In this document: one piece after another, positions 38,238 through 46,611 of the stretch | Numbering within the stretch: position 1 is the stretch's first letter | Layout: each line of letters opens with the position of its first letter | Assembly (NCBI GenBank): GCA_036759345.1 | Contig: DAIOUV010000005.1 | Location: forward strand, 56,246-120,245 | DNA: 64,000 bases | Direction of reading: 5' to 3' | Source of the DNA: Acidobacteriota bacterium | Lineage (GTDB): Bacteria > Acidobacteriota > Thermoanaerobaculia > UBA5066 | Made by a program: the position numbers and the translations under genes | Notes under the pieces: model-generated | Seen by the model: only the letters and a program-made list of their open reading frames with translations | Told to the model about the DNA's origin: nothing | Databases searched by the model: none

Positions 38238-39939
38238 GGTCGGCGATCGCGGACGCGGTCACGAGGCAGTTCTTGCCGCTGCGTTTCGCCTGGTAAAGGG
38301 CCTGGTCGGCGCGCTCGATGAGGAGGCGCTTCGTGCCCGCATCTTCCGGGAAGCACGAAAGACCGACTGAAATCGTCACGCCGAGAGCGTGATCGAGGTC
38401 CGGAGTGACGAAGAGACGCCCGGCCACGCGATTGCGAAGGCGGTCGGCGACGACCCAGGCCTTCGCGGGCGTCGTTTCGGGAAAGATGAGCGCGAATTCC
38501 TCTCCGCCGTACCGGGCGACCGTGTCCATCTCACGGACGCCCTTCGTCAGCTCCTCGACGAGGCCGCGCAGCACGAGGTCTCCGACCGGGTGTCCCCAGC
38601 GGTCGTTGATCTTCTTGAAGTCGTCGATGTCGAGCATGACGAGGGCGAGCGGCTGCCCGCTGCGCTCGTGGCGGGCGAGCTCGCGCGAGAGCGTCTCCTG
38701 GAAATAGCGGTGGTTGAACGCCTCGGTCAGGGAGTCGCGCACCGACATCTGCCGGGTCGTCTCGTAGGCGCGCGCCGACTGGATCGCCGTCACGGCCTGG
38801 TTCGAGAAGATCTCGAGGGCCTGGACGTCCTCGAGGCGTGGGACGAGTCCGCTCCGAGGCTGGTCGACCTGAAGGGCTCCGACGAGCTGGTCGCCGGCCG
38901 TGAGCGGAACGAAGAGAAGGTCGTCCGGGTGCCAGGCGCCCGCAGCCGTACTGCGCCGGCGGCGTTCGATGCGGCCGGAGTCGTCGACCGCGCTCACGTC
39001 CTTGCGGTCGAGGTAGCTCACGAAGTACGACTTCGAGATCCGGTAGCGCTCGCCGAACCACCGCGCGATTTCCTCGCGCGCGACCTTCCGCGGCGGGACG
39101 CCCGGAGACGTGTCGTCGAGCCCCACCTGCGCGCGGCGCTCGAAGACGTTCTCGGCGGGATCGAAGAGAGAGAGTACGACCACGCGGTAGCCGAGGCTGT
39201 GATGGACGGCCTGCACGATGCTCTGCACGAGGTGCTCGAGGGTCAGGTGCGTCTTCAGCTCGTTGGAGACTTCGAGGATGCGCTGGAGCATCTCGGCGCG
39301 CCCCTGGAGACGCTCGTTCACGGTCTGCATCTGCCGCCTCAGGTTGCGGTCCTGCAGGGCGAGGGCCACGTGATCCGACACGACCGAGAGCTCCTGCAGC
39401 GTCTGCGGCGTTACGAGCGACGGGTCGTCGGATTCGGCGATCAGGACGCCCGCGATCAGGGCGGGAGTCTGGAGCGGCAGGAACACCTGATGGGAGAAAC
39501 GCGGATTGAGGACGAGATCGCGGTCGGGACCGCTTGCGACGCGCGGAGTGGGCGAGGCCGGAAGGAACGGTGACTCGAGGTCTTTCTGCGCGGCGAGCCA
39601 GTCGAGGAAGGGCCGCCGTTCGAGAGTCACGTCGCCGCCGAACGACACGAGCGCCTGCCCGTCCGGGTCCTCCTCGTACGACACGGCGGCCAGCGCGCGG
39701 ATAGGCAGCGCCTGACGCAGCGCCTCGAAGAGTCGCGCGAAGATCTCTTCTCCGGCCGCGACGCTCGAGACGATCGCGGTGAGCTCGCGGAGCGTCGCGA
39801 GCTCGCGGTTCTTCCGCGAGAGCTCGGCGGCGCGGGATCGGGCTTGCCCGAGTTTTCGCGTCACGACGATGACGGTGACGAGGAGGCCGATCGCGACAAA
39901 CGCGACCAGGGCGGGCCGGAGATCGAGGCTCCACATCAC
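38224..39939 (-). CDS. Membrane-anchored GAF-GGDEF diguanylate cyclase
   Basis: N-terminal TM, two GAF-like regions, C-terminal …NHRYFQE…LVMLDIDDFKKINDRWGHPVGD…RYGGEEFALIF (GGEEF). Confidence 0.8.
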   Translation of the reverse strand: MMWSLDLRPALVAFVAIGLLVTVIVVTRKLGQARSRAAELSRKNRELATLRELTAIVSSVAAGEEIFARLFEALRQALPIRALAAVSYEEDPDGQALVSFGGDVTLERRPFLDWLAAQKDLESPFLPASPTPRVASGPDRDLVLNPRFSHQVFLPLQTPALIAGVLIAESDDPSLVTPQTLQELSVVSDHVALALQDRNLRRQMQTVNERLQGRAEMLQRILEVSNELKTHLTLEHLVQSIVQAVHHSLGYRVVVLSLFDPAENVFERRAQVGLDDTSPGVPPRKVAREEIARWFGERYRISKSYFVSYLDRKDVSAVDDSGRIERRRRSTAAGAWHPDDLLFVPLTAGDQLVGALQVDQPRSGLVPRLEDVQALEIFSNQAVTAIQSARAYETTRQMSVRDSLTEAFNHRYFQETLSRELARHERSGQPLALVMLDIDDFKKINDRWGHPVGDLVLRGLVEELTKGVREMDTVARYGGEEFALIFPETTPAKAWVVADRLRNRVAGRLFVTPDLDHALGVTISVGLSCFPEDAGTKRLLIERADQALYQAKRSGKNCLVTASAIADLKTL

Positions 39940-41252
39940 TTGAAGGTAATGACGCCGCTCTTGTGGAGCTTGTGGAAGATGCGGGTCACCTCGGCCTCGG
40001 GGAAGGGCGAGATGCGGCCGATCGAACGCACGTCCCAGGTCCCGTTGATACGCGACACGATGAAGGCCTCGGAGGGCGTGAACGGGAAGTCCATGAGCTG
40101 TTCCATGGGCTTGCCGAGGACGGGGATCGACCCGGGAGGGATTCGGGGCAGGGGCTCGGAAAGGGGTGCCTGGGAAAAAGCCGCTTCGACGGTTTCAGCG
40201 GCCTGAGCCGCGGGCGGCGCCTTGACGGCGGGCCCCGGCGCGGGAGGCGCCTCGGTCCGAACGGCCTTCTCGGTCTTGTCGGTTTTCACGTTGGGCAGCG
40301 TGTTCGCGCTGTCGGCGAGCCGCGGAGCCGGACGCCTCGACAGGGTGGCCCCGGAATCGCGTTTGAGGAACTGGTTGAAGTCGGTCGGGACGAGCGTGCG
40401 CGACCCGGGAGGAGCGAGCCGGAACTCTTCCCCCTGCGCGGCGAAAAGGGCGCTCTCGGGGATCGTGTGCAGATCGCCCGACATCAACGGGTCGAACGAG
40501 GACGAATCTTCCTCGATCGGCTCGACCTCGGCGAACACGGGCTCGGCGGTCGTCTCCTCCCGTTCGCCCACGAGCATCACGTGGCCCGTGAGCATGAGGT
40601 CGTAGATCAGCTTGGCGACGTGGAAGTCCGGATTGTGGGTCTCGAGGGCGATCTGGTCGATCGCGCGCCGGCCGTTCGTCGCGCCGAGGATCATCTTGTC
40701 GCGCTCGGGCAGCTCTTCCTCGACGGGCATGACCACCGCGGGAATGGCCCGCATGGTGGGGATGCGCGTCTTGATGCGTTGCCACTCGTCGTAGCGGCGC
40801 AGGCCCTCCATCACGATGCCCGTGACTTCGGAGGAGATCGGGACCATCGGAAGGCTCGGGATCTCGCCGTCGATGAACGCGAAGGAGCCTTCGGTCCACA
40901 GGAACATGTCGTAGATCGTCTCGGCGGCCTTCACCCGGACGAGGTTCGCGAGCTCCTCTTCCTTGATGGCGCCGATCATCACGAGAATCTTGCCGAGGAG
41001 GATGCGGGACTCCTGCTGGACTTCCAGCGCGCGGATGAGCTCTTCCTCGGTGATGAACCCGAAACCCACGAGAAAACGGCCGAGGTGCTCGCGCTCGAGA
41101 GTGGACGAGGACGACGTGACTCGGCCGTTGTCGAAGTAGATTCGCTTCTCGCCGGGTGCGCCACGCACGACGAGCGTGCCGGTCTTGAGGCCCGCCGAGA
41201 GCCACTGGAGCAGCTCCGACAACTGCATCGTGCGCAGATTTCCTGCGATGGC
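39936..41252 (-). CDS. DUF4388 domain protein with Pro-rich linker and C-terminal domain of unknown function
   Basis: MAIAGNLRTMQLSELLQWL… DUF4388 N-terminus; translationally coupled to the GGDEF gene downstream. Confidence 0.55.
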   Translation of the reverse strand, partial: AIAGNLRTMQLSELLQWLSAGLKTGTLVVRGAPGEKRIYFDNGRVTSSSSTLEREHLGRFLVGFGFITEEELIRALEVQQESRILLGKILVMIGAIKEEELANLVRVKAAETIYDMFLWTEGSFAFIDGEIPSLPMVPISSEVTGIVMEGLRRYDEWQRIKTRIPTMRAIPAVVMPVEEELPERDKMILGATNGRRAIDQIALETHNPDFHVAKLIYDLMLTGHVMLVGEREETTAEPVFAEVEPIEEDSSSFDPLMSGDLHTIPESALFAAQGEEFRLAPPGSRTLVPTDFNQFLKRDSGATLSRRPAPRLADSANTLPNVKTDKTEKAVRTEAPPAPGPAVKAPPAAQAAETVEAAFSQAPLSEPLPRIPPGSIPVLGKPMEQLMDFPFTPSEAFIVSRINGTWDVRSIGRISPFPEAEVTRIFHKLHKSGVITFK

Positions 41253-41296
41253 CATGCAATGCAATTGTAACTCGTAAGAGCCTGACGGGAGCGGAT

Positions 41297-42484
41297 TTAC
41301 TCCATTGGCGGGTTGTAGGAGGGAATCCCCGTTACGGCCTGGCCGAGCACGAGCGTGTGGATGTCGTGCGTGCCTTCATACGTGAAGACCGACTCGATGT
41401 TCGCGAGATGCCGGAAGACGGGATACTCGCCGACGATCCCGTTCGCGCCGAGGATCTCGCGGGCCAGCTTCGCGCACTCGCGCGCGACCCACACGTTGTT
41501 TCGCTTCACCATCGAGACGTGCTCGGGCTTCATCGTGCCGGCGTCCTTCATCCGGCCCAGGCGCAGGGCGAGGAGCTGACCCTTCGTGATCTCGGTGATC
41601 ATGAACGCAAACTTCGCCTGCACCAGCTGGTGCGACGCAATTGGCCGGTCCTTGAACTGCTTGCGGCTCTTCGCGTAGTCGAGCGCGCACGTGTACGTGG
41701 CCATCGCCGAGCCCAGGGCGCCCCAGGAGATGCCGTACCGCGCCTGCGTCAGGCACGAGAGGGGGCCCTTGAGGCCCAGGGCGCCCGGCAGGACGCTGGC
41801 GGCCGGCACGCGAACGTCCTCGAAGGCGAGTTGCGACGTGACCGAGGCTCGGAGGGACATCTTCATCCGGTGCTCGGGCGCGAAGAAACCCTTCATGCCC
41901 TTTTCGACGAGGAAGCCGCGCACGGGGCCGTTCACGTCGCCGACCTTCGCCCAGACGACGGCCACGTCGGCGATCGAGCCGTTCGTGATCCATGCCTTGG
42001 CGCCGTTCAGTATCCAGTCGCTCCCGTCCTTCTTCGCGACGGTGCGCATGCCCCCGGGGTTCGAGCCGAAGTCCGGCTCCGTCAGGCCGAAGCAGCCGAT
42101 CTTCTCGCCCTTCGCGAGGGCCGGAATCCAGCGGTCCTTCTGCTCCTTCGAGCCGTACGTGAAGATCGGGTACATCACGAGCGACGACTGGACGGACACG
42201 AACGAACGCAGGCCGGAATCGCCGCGCTCGAGCTCTTCCGTGATGAGCCCGTAGGCGACGTTGTTCAGTCCGGGCAGGCCGTACTCCGAGATCGTGGACC
42301 CGAAGAGGTTCATCGCGGCCATCTTCGGGATGAGCTCCTTCGGGAACCGCCCCTCGTAGGCGCACTGTTCGATGATGGGAAGGACGTCTTCGTCCACGAA
42401 GCCGCGGACGAGGTCGCGCACGGCCCGTTCGTCCTCGGACAGCATGTCTTCTATCCCCAGAAAATCGACTCCGGAAAAGCCCAC
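41297..42484 (-). CDS. gcdH: Glutaryl-CoA dehydrogenase (acyl-CoA dehydrogenase family)
   Basis: High similarity to GCDH along the whole length (…SVQSSLVMYPIFTYGSKEQKDRWIPALAKGEKIGCFGLTEP…YEGTHDIHTLVLGQAVTG…). GTG at 42484 or ATG at 42445. Confidence 0.85.
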   Translation of the reverse strand: MGFSGVDFLGIEDMLSEDERAVRDLVRGFVDEDVLPIIEQCAYEGRFPKELIPKMAAMNLFGSTISEYGLPGLNNVAYGLITEELERGDSGLRSFVSVQSSLVMYPIFTYGSKEQKDRWIPALAKGEKIGCFGLTEPDFGSNPGGMRTVAKKDGSDWILNGAKAWITNGSIADVAVVWAKVGDVNGPVRGFLVEKGMKGFFAPEHRMKMSLRASVTSQLAFEDVRVPAASVLPGALGLKGPLSCLTQARYGISWGALGSAMATYTCALDYAKSRKQFKDRPIASHQLVQAKFAFMITEITKGQLLALRLGRMKDAGTMKPEHVSMVKRNNVWVARECAKLAREILGANGIVGEYPVFRHLANIESVFTYEGTHDIHTLVLGQAVTGIPSYNPPME

Positions 42485-42534
42485 AAGTCCTCCCGCGGCC
42501 GAAGAGTACCGTCTCCCGGTGCTAATGTCTCCGC

Positions 42535-42792
42535 ATGGCAAATCCCGCATGGAAGGTGGCGGCGGACGTGGCGGACGGTTACGTCTCGCTCAACCCGGTG
42601 GTCCTCAAGAAGTACGAGAAGCACGAGGTGGACGCGCTTCTCAAGGAGCTCGAGAAGCTCACGCGGGACACGCGCTCACAGGTCGTTCCGCAGGACGACT
42701 CCGAGGCGAGCGCGACCCGGAGCCGCAGGCTCCTCCGCCTCTCGCAGGCGAACGTCGTCCTGCAGAGCTGGAGAATGAGGATGCTGAGGTGA
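42535..42792 (+). CDS. Small coiled-coil hypothetical protein (possible leader ORF of asnS)
   Basis: 85-aa ORF with high GC3 and stop overlapping the asnS ATG (ATGA); no homolog recognised. Confidence 0.35.
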   Translation: MANPAWKVAADVADGYVSLNPVVLKKYEKHEVDALLKELEKLTRDTRSQVVPQDDSEASATRSRRLLRLSQANVVLQSWRMRMLR

Positions 42793-44078
42793 TGATTTCC
42801 GAGCTGCCCGGCCACGTGGGCGCGACCGTCAGTCTCAAGGGATGGCTCTACCACTGGAGAAAGGGCGGGAAGATCTGGTTCCTCGTGCTGCGCGACGGCA
42901 CCGGGTATCTCCAGGCCGTCGTCTCGAAGGCCGACGTGCCCGAGGCCGTGTGGGAGGCGGCGACGGGCGCGACGCAAGAGTCCACGCTCGAGGTGACCGG
43001 TCTCGTGAAGGCCGACCCGCGCTCGCCGGGCGGCGTCGAGCTCGGCGTCACGGACGTGAAGATCCTCGACCTCTGCCACGACTGGCCCATCACGCCGAAG
43101 GAGCACGGCGTCGACTTCCTCATGTCGCAACGCCACCTCTGGCTGCGCTCGTCCAGGCAGGTCGCCGTCCTCAAGGTGCGGAGCGAAGTCGAGAGCGCGA
43201 TCCACGATTTCTTTTACACCCGCGACTACACCCGCCTCGATTCCCCCATCCTGACGCCGGCGGCGTGCGAGGGCACGTCGAGTCTTTTCGAGACACAGTA
43301 CACCGAGGACGAGAAGGCCTACCTCTCGCAGTCCGGCCAGCTCTATCTCGAGCCCGCGGCCGCGGCGCTCGGCAAAGTCTACTGCTTCGGCCCCACGTTT
43401 CGCGCCGAGAAATCCAAGACGCGGCGGCACCTGCGCGAGTTCTGGATGGTCGAGCCGGAGGTCGCGTTCCTCGAGATCGACGGCCTGATGGACCTCGCCG
43501 AGGAGTTCGTGAAGGAGCTCACCGCCCGGGTTCTCGACCGCCGCAAGGAGGACCTCAAGCGGCTCGAGCGCGACGTCGCGAAGCTCGACCCCGTCGCTTC
43601 CAAGCCGTTCCCGCGCATCTCCTACCGCGAGGCCGTCGAAATCCTCCAGAAGAAAGGCTTCCCGGTGAAGTTCGGCGACGACCTCGGTGGAGACGAGGAG
43701 ACCGCGCTCACGGAGGGCTTCGACACGCCCGTCATGGTCACGCGCTACCCGTCGTCGATCAAGGCGTTCTACATGCAGCCCGACCCGCAGAACCCGGACG
43801 TCGCCCTCTGCCTCGACATGCTCGCGCCCGAAGGCTATGGCGAGATCATCGGCGGGTCGCAGCGCATCCACGACCACGACCTCCTGCTCTCGCGCATCCA
43901 GCAGCACAACCTGCCGCTCGAGGCCTTCCAGTGGTACCTCGACGTGAGGAAATACGGCACATTCCCGCACTCGGGCTTCGGCATGGGCCTCGAGCGCTTC
44001 GTCGCCTGGATGTGCGGCGTGCCGCACCTGCGCGAGTGCATCCCGTATCCGCGGATGCTCTATCGGATTTATCCCTAG
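42792..44078 (+). CDS. asnS: Asparagine--tRNA ligase (class IIb; could alternatively be archaeal-type AspRS)
   Basis: N-terminal OB-fold anticodon-binding domain, motif 2 …FRAEKSKTRRHLREFWMVEPEVAF…, motif 3 …GFGMGLERFV…; ~429 aa. Confidence 0.8.
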   Translation: MISELPGHVGATVSLKGWLYHWRKGGKIWFLVLRDGTGYLQAVVSKADVPEAVWEAATGATQESTLEVTGLVKADPRSPGGVELGVTDVKILDLCHDWPITPKEHGVDFLMSQRHLWLRSSRQVAVLKVRSEVESAIHDFFYTRDYTRLDSPILTPAACEGTSSLFETQYTEDEKAYLSQSGQLYLEPAAAALGKVYCFGPTFRAEKSKTRRHLREFWMVEPEVAFLEIDGLMDLAEEFVKELTARVLDRRKEDLKRLERDVAKLDPVASKPFPRISYREAVEILQKKGFPVKFGDDLGGDEETALTEGFDTPVMVTRYPSSIKAFYMQPDPQNPDVALCLDMLAPEGYGEIIGGSQRIHDHDLLLSRIQQHNLPLEAFQWYLDVRKYGTFPHSGFGMGLERFVAWMCGVPHLRECIPYPRMLYRIYP

Positions 44079-44092
44079 TCTGGGCGTAACAT

Positions 44093-44308
44093 TTGGACGT
44101 GGGCGAAAAGGCACCAAGTCCCGACACGGTCCCGCTGACGGCAGTCGGGCGTGCGCGCGCTTTTGGCGTCGACATCGGCCTTCTCGTGGAAAACCTCCGC
44201 TTGACGCCGAAAGAGCGCCTGGAAAGGGCTCAAGAGGCAGCCCGCTCCCTGGCAGCGCTTCAAACCGAAGCCGAGAAGAGTCGGAAGGGGACTCTGAAGG
44301 CTGAATGA
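44093..44308 (+). CDS. Small protein, putative antitoxin-like partner of the nucleotidyltransferase
   Basis: 71-aa ORF overlapping next gene by 4 nt; lower-GC than surroundings. Confidence 0.4.
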   Translation: MDVGEKAPSPDTVPLTAVGRARAFGVDIGLLVENLRLTPKERLERAQEAARSLAALQTEAEKSRKGTLKAE

Positions 44309-44793
44309 TCGCGGCCAACTTCGAGGCGATCCTCGAGAGGCTTGCGAAGAACGAAGTGGACTTCATCGTGATCGGAGGGCTGGCGGCGGCGCTTCACGGC
44401 TCGGCGTACGTGACGAAGGACATCGACGTCTGCTACAGCCGATCCCAATCGAGCATCGAGCATCTCTGTCGAGCGCTCGCCGACCTCCATCCGACACTTA
44501 GAGGGGCGCCGGAAGGCCTCCCGTTCCGCTTCGATCCCGCCACTGTGAAGGCCGGCCTGAACTTCACACTCTCGACGGATCTCGGTCCCTTGGACGTCCT
44601 CGGCGAGGTCACTCCATTTGGTGAGTTCGAGAAGTTGAAACCTCACGCGGTCGCGATGAGTCTGGGCGGTCATTCCGTGCTCGTTCTCTCGCTCCCGGCC
44701 CTCATCCGCTCGAAGCGATCCGCGGGGCGTCCGAAAGACATGCTCGTCGTGCCGGAGCTGGAAGCTCTCCTGGAGATGTCGAAGAAGCGTTGA
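44305..44793 (+). CDS. Minimal nucleotidyltransferase-fold protein (toxin-antitoxin / Abi-type NTase)
   Basis: …VDFIVIGGLAAALHGSAYVTKDIDVCY… = hG[GS]…D[IV]D NTase signature; lower-GC two-gene islet between asnS and the amidase. Confidence 0.55.
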   Translation: MIAANFEAILERLAKNEVDFIVIGGLAAALHGSAYVTKDIDVCYSRSQSSIEHLCRALADLHPTLRGAPEGLPFRFDPATVKAGLNFTLSTDLGPLDVLGEVTPFGEFEKLKPHAVAMSLGGHSVLVLSLPALIRSKRSAGRPKDMLVVPELEALLEMSKKR

Positions 44794-44806
44794 TTTCGAA
44801 CCGGAC

Positions 44807-46201
44807 TCAGGCCGCGAAAGAAACCGGCCTGCGCCGGTGCCAGTCCGTCTCCTTCTGATACGCCTTCGCGGCGGCGAGGCAGAGCGACTCGTTTCCGGCG
44901 GCCGCCATGAACGTGATGCCCAGCGGGAGCCCGGTCGCGTCGAAGCCGCAGGGCACGCTCACCGCGGGCAGGCCGCACAGGTTGCCCGGCGCGCCGAGCG
45001 GATCCGTGGGGAGCGCGTACCACGTCTCGAGGTTCGCTTCGATCGGGCTCGCGGAGCTTGGAAAGCTCGGTCCCGCGACGACATCGACCTTCGTGAAAAG
45101 CTCTGCCATCGCGCGGATCGCGAGCGAACGGCGCCGAAGCGCGTTCACGTAGTCGGCAGCGGGAATGGTGGTCCCTGCGAGAAGGCCAATTTTCGAGAGC
45201 GGGTCGACGAGCTCGAGATGGCGTCCGCTCGAGATGAGCGGCTCGAAGGTCGCCGACGCCTCCGACGCGAGGATCGTGCCGAGCACCGCGTCGAAGGGAA
45301 AGTTCGGGAGTGTGACAGGCACGAGCCGGTGTCCCTTTGCCTCGAGCGTCTTCAAGGCTGCCGCCCCGAGCGTCACAGCTTCTTTCTGAGATCCGTCCCA
45401 GGTCTTGTCTGGAAGGATTCCGATCCGAAGCCTTTCGGGAGCGGGAGAGCCCTTCCACGCGCCGCGCAGCGTCGAGGGATCGGCTGGATCCTCGCCGGCG
45501 ATCGCGTCGAGCACGGTTTCAAGGTCTTCGGCCGTGCGCGCGAGAGGGCCGATCTTGTCGAGCGTGAAGCAGAGCGGCATCGCGCCGTGCCGGCTGACGC
45601 GCCCGTACGTGGGCCGGAGCCCCGAGATGCCGCAGTAGCTGGACGGGCACGCGATCGAGCCCCACGTCTCCGAGCCGAGCGCGAAGGGCACGAGGCCGGC
45701 CCCCACGGCGGCACCCGAGCCGCTGGAAGAGCCGCCCGTCCAGTGTTTCGGGTTCCAGGGGTTTTTCCCGGGCCCCTGCGCCGAGGCGGACGCGAACCGG
45801 TAGCCCGCGCCCCCGGCCAGCTCGACCATCGCGAGCTTGCCGACGAGGATGGCGCCGGCCTCGGCGAGCCGGGAGATCGCGGTCGCGTCGGCCGACGGAA
45901 CGCGGTCTTTGAAGAGCGGAGAGCCCCACGTCGTCGGCACGCCCTTTGTGTCGAGGAGGTCCTTGGCGGCATACGGGATCCCGTGCAGCGGCTGGCGCGG
46001 GATGCCCGACTTCCGCTCCGCGTCCGCGCGCCGCGCGGCGGCGAGCGCGCCGTCTCGCATGAGCGTCGCGACGGCGTTCAGTTTCCGGCCCGGCCCGTCG
46101 AGGCGCGCGAGGCATTCTTCCGTGAGTGCGACGGACGTCGTCTTGCCCGAGGCGAGGGCCGCGGCCAACTCGGGGATCGTGGCGAAGGCGAAGTCGCTCA
46201 C
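44807..46201 (-). CDS. Amidase signature-family amidase
   Basis: …GGSSSGSGAAVGAGLVPFALGSETWGSIACPSSYCGISGLRPTYGRVSRHG… (GGSS[GS]G AS signature, Ser-cisSer-Lys triad region); no signal peptide. Confidence 0.85.
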   Translation of the reverse strand: MSDFAFATIPELAAALASGKTTSVALTEECLARLDGPGRKLNAVATLMRDGALAAARRADAERKSGIPRQPLHGIPYAAKDLLDTKGVPTTWGSPLFKDRVPSADATAISRLAEAGAILVGKLAMVELAGGAGYRFASASAQGPGKNPWNPKHWTGGSSSGSGAAVGAGLVPFALGSETWGSIACPSSYCGISGLRPTYGRVSRHGAMPLCFTLDKIGPLARTAEDLETVLDAIAGEDPADPSTLRGAWKGSPAPERLRIGILPDKTWDGSQKEAVTLGAAALKTLEAKGHRLVPVTLPNFPFDAVLGTILASEASATFEPLISSGRHLELVDPLSKIGLLAGTTIPAADYVNALRRRSLAIRAMAELFTKVDVVAGPSFPSSASPIEANLETWYALPTDPLGAPGNLCGLPAVSVPCGFDATGLPLGITFMAAAGNESLCLAAAKAYQKETDWHRRRPVSFAA

Positions 46202-46524
46202 GGCTTCGCCTGAAAGACGGTCGCAGGATCGACGCCGTAGCCGAGGCCGACCTTCCGGACGTCGAAAAGCGCCTTCTGCGTGTCGCGCACGGCGTGCCTC
46301 ACCTCGAGGCGCTGCTCGGGGGTGAGGCGGGCGGGCGTCGCGGAGAGCGCCGCTTCGATGAGCGCTTCGGTACGAGCATCCGCGATTTCCCGGGAGGACG
46401 CCGCGGACGGGTCAGCGGCGTCGGTACGCCTTGGGAGCCAAACCGCGGCTGCGGCGCCTCCGAGGGTCTTCGCGAGCGCGCGGCGGGAGATTCCGGTGGG
46501 CTTCGAGGTGCCGGATTCGTTCAT
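46198..46524 (-). CDS. Small Tat-signal protein, translationally coupled to the amidase
   Basis: MNESGTSKPTGISRRALAKTLGGAAAAVWLP… twin-arginine motif SRRxLAK + hydrophobic stretch; an upstream in-frame ATG at 46554 is the alternative start; stop overlaps amidase start. Confidence 0.55.
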   Translation of the reverse strand: MNESGTSKPTGISRRALAKTLGGAAAAVWLPRRTDAADPSAASSREIADARTEALIEAALSATPARLTPEQRLEVRHAVRDTQKALFDVRKVGLGYGVDPATVFQAKP

Positions 46525-46611
46525 GGAGGGAATCCTATTCGATATAGAATCCATTGTTCGCCGCCGCGCATGGGCCGCCCGCGCGCGAGGTTGGACCCCT
46601 CTTCACTTTCA

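Noticed and set aside
42792-44078. Calling the class IIb synthetase AspRS
   Set aside because: Motif 2 (FRAEKSKTRRHLREFWMVEPEVAF) and the short ~430-aa length fit AsnRS best. An archaeal-type non-discriminating AspRS cannot be fully excluded without a search, so it is reported as asnS with reduced confidence.
46530-46560. AT-rich near-palindrome GGAATCCTATTCGATATAGAATCC upstream of rimO as an operator
   Set aside because: Symmetry is weak (about 6 of 10 per half-site). It also overlaps the alternative N-terminal codons of the minus-strand Tat-signal ORF, so it is not confidently a regulatory site.
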